A stretch of DNA of 45,108 nt. Origin: a virus (Duplodnaviria > Caudoviricetes). The notes under the pieces are model-generated. The model was not told where the DNA came from, did not search any database, and saw nothing but the letters and a program-made list of their open reading frames with translations. Made by a program: the position numbers and the translations under genes. Positions 44,258 to 45,108 of this stretch are shown piece after piece (within the stretch, counting starts at the first letter, position 1; the number at the start of each line of letters is the position of its first letter). The DNA is taken from the IMG/VR virus record IMGVR_UViG_3300012942_000014, positions 1 to 45,108 of that record; one strand, 5' to 3'.

Positions 44258-44358
44258 ATAAAAAGAAAGAGCACCCGAGAGGGTGCTTCTTTCGTAAGAG
44301 TTGCTCCGATTGGAGCTTGAACGGTGTTGGGGGAGGTACTAGTCACGCTAGTGACTGT
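44258..44358 (-). ncRNA. Candidate ~100-nt sRNA with CCUCCCCC single-stranded segment
   Basis: Perfect promoter TTGACA-17-TATAAT (44365-44393), two hairpins, terminator, no ORF. Confidence 0.65.
44260..44293. terminator. Bidirectional intrinsic terminator
   Basis: GAAAGAGCACCC-GAGA-GGGTGCTTCTTTC flanked by A/T runs. Confidence 0.8.
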
Positions 44359-44404
44359 ACTTGCATTATACCACATCAGTATAACTTTGTCAATAGGCTA
44401 TGCC

Positions 44405-44610
44405 TTGAATTATAGATAACAGCCGATGGGGTTATATCAGCTCTTCAATACCAGTCTCACCATAAGCTTTCCGCAATGTCTTTAGCAGTATAGGACTTAC
44501 GGTTCGCAGTAAAACTGCACCCGGCTTACCTTATCTGTATCAACCGCCTAGTCCACTTACTCCTCTGGACATTATCACCCGCTACTCTCGTAGTATTATC
44601 TATAAATCAA
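44405..44610 (-). ncRNA. ~206-nt structured RNA
   Basis: 17-bp terminal stem (one mismatch, U.G on minus), CTAC-GAGA-GTAG tetraloop, further hairpins. Confidence 0.55.
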
Positions 44611-44768
44611 GTCCCCCGAGCTGGTAATGCTAAGAAGCGGAGGGTAGATACTTCATAACGCTCAGGGGTTTGAATAGGGGGGGTATAAGGTACTATCTCC
44701 ACTAACAATGTAATGAAGATAGTATACCTCACCAACCTGAAAGGACAAGAGATTGATGAAGTATACTA

Positions 44769-45108
44769 TTAACCAACTAAGATATACCCAGCAGGGTGAG
44801 ATTCCACCCCGACCGCCTTTGGGAGAGAGGCTACTTTCCAGGCTTCCCCAGAGTTCGCTTCATCCATCCAGCAAGTCAGCAATGGCTTTGCACTCACCAT
44901 CAACGTCCCCTCCGCACTGAGTATGATTTGATTCATATGCCAAATAAAATTATATTAAGCAGGGACGCAACCGCTCCACGTCCTTTCGGACCCTACAACC
45001 AGCTTTTGATTATTATGCCGACCATAGTACACCTTTCGATGCGTGTCACAGGGATTAGCCGTGCGTAGCAACTTATTATCCTACTGCCGGGCAAACCTTA
45101 GTTGGTTA
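44769..45108 (-). ncRNA. ~340-nt structured RNA, GOLLD-like (spans the repeated terminus, 1-120)
   Basis: 13-bp terminal stem TTAACCAACTAAG/CTTAGTTGGTTAA, inner GCCCGGCAG/CTGCTGGGT stem, GAAA tetraloops, own promoter, adjacent to tRNA operon. Confidence 0.55.

Noticed and set aside
44796-45068. 90-aa plus-strand ORF
   Set aside because: No RBS, lies beyond the plus-strand terminator, and is antisense to a promoter-driven structured RNA

Overview
The window looks like a complete, circularly assembled ~44,989-bp dsDNA phage genome (bases 1-119 = 44990-45108) in standard code 11. The right arm (+ strand, ~18.3-44.25 kb) encodes a DnaQ-like exonuclease, glutaredoxin, TerS/TerL, portal, scaffold, major capsid, podovirus-type tail and ejection proteins, an amidase and holins. 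The left arm (- strand) carries early small genes, a GGCT/amidoligase/class II GATase trio, a PD-(D/E)XK nuclease, SSB, HNH genes, RusA and a secreted LysM-CHAP hydrolase. No polymerase, primase, helicase, integrase or repressor is recognisable. The striking content is RNA. (1) A 2.8-kb array of 27 tRNAs covers all 20 amino acids as a near-minimal complete decoding set, with systematically remodelled, co-varying elbows and altered anticodon loops. (2) A 98-nt CCA-ending, G3.U70 tmRNA-TLD-like RNA sits inside the array. (3) A promoter-driven ~750-nt ORF-free stretch downstream holds several stem-closed structured RNAs, one GOLLD-like. (4) Several other promoter/terminator-bounded or long-stem ncRNA candidates occur elsewhere. 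A Saccharibacteria/CPR or actinobacterial host is suggested by inference only. All structures were folded by eye, not computed.
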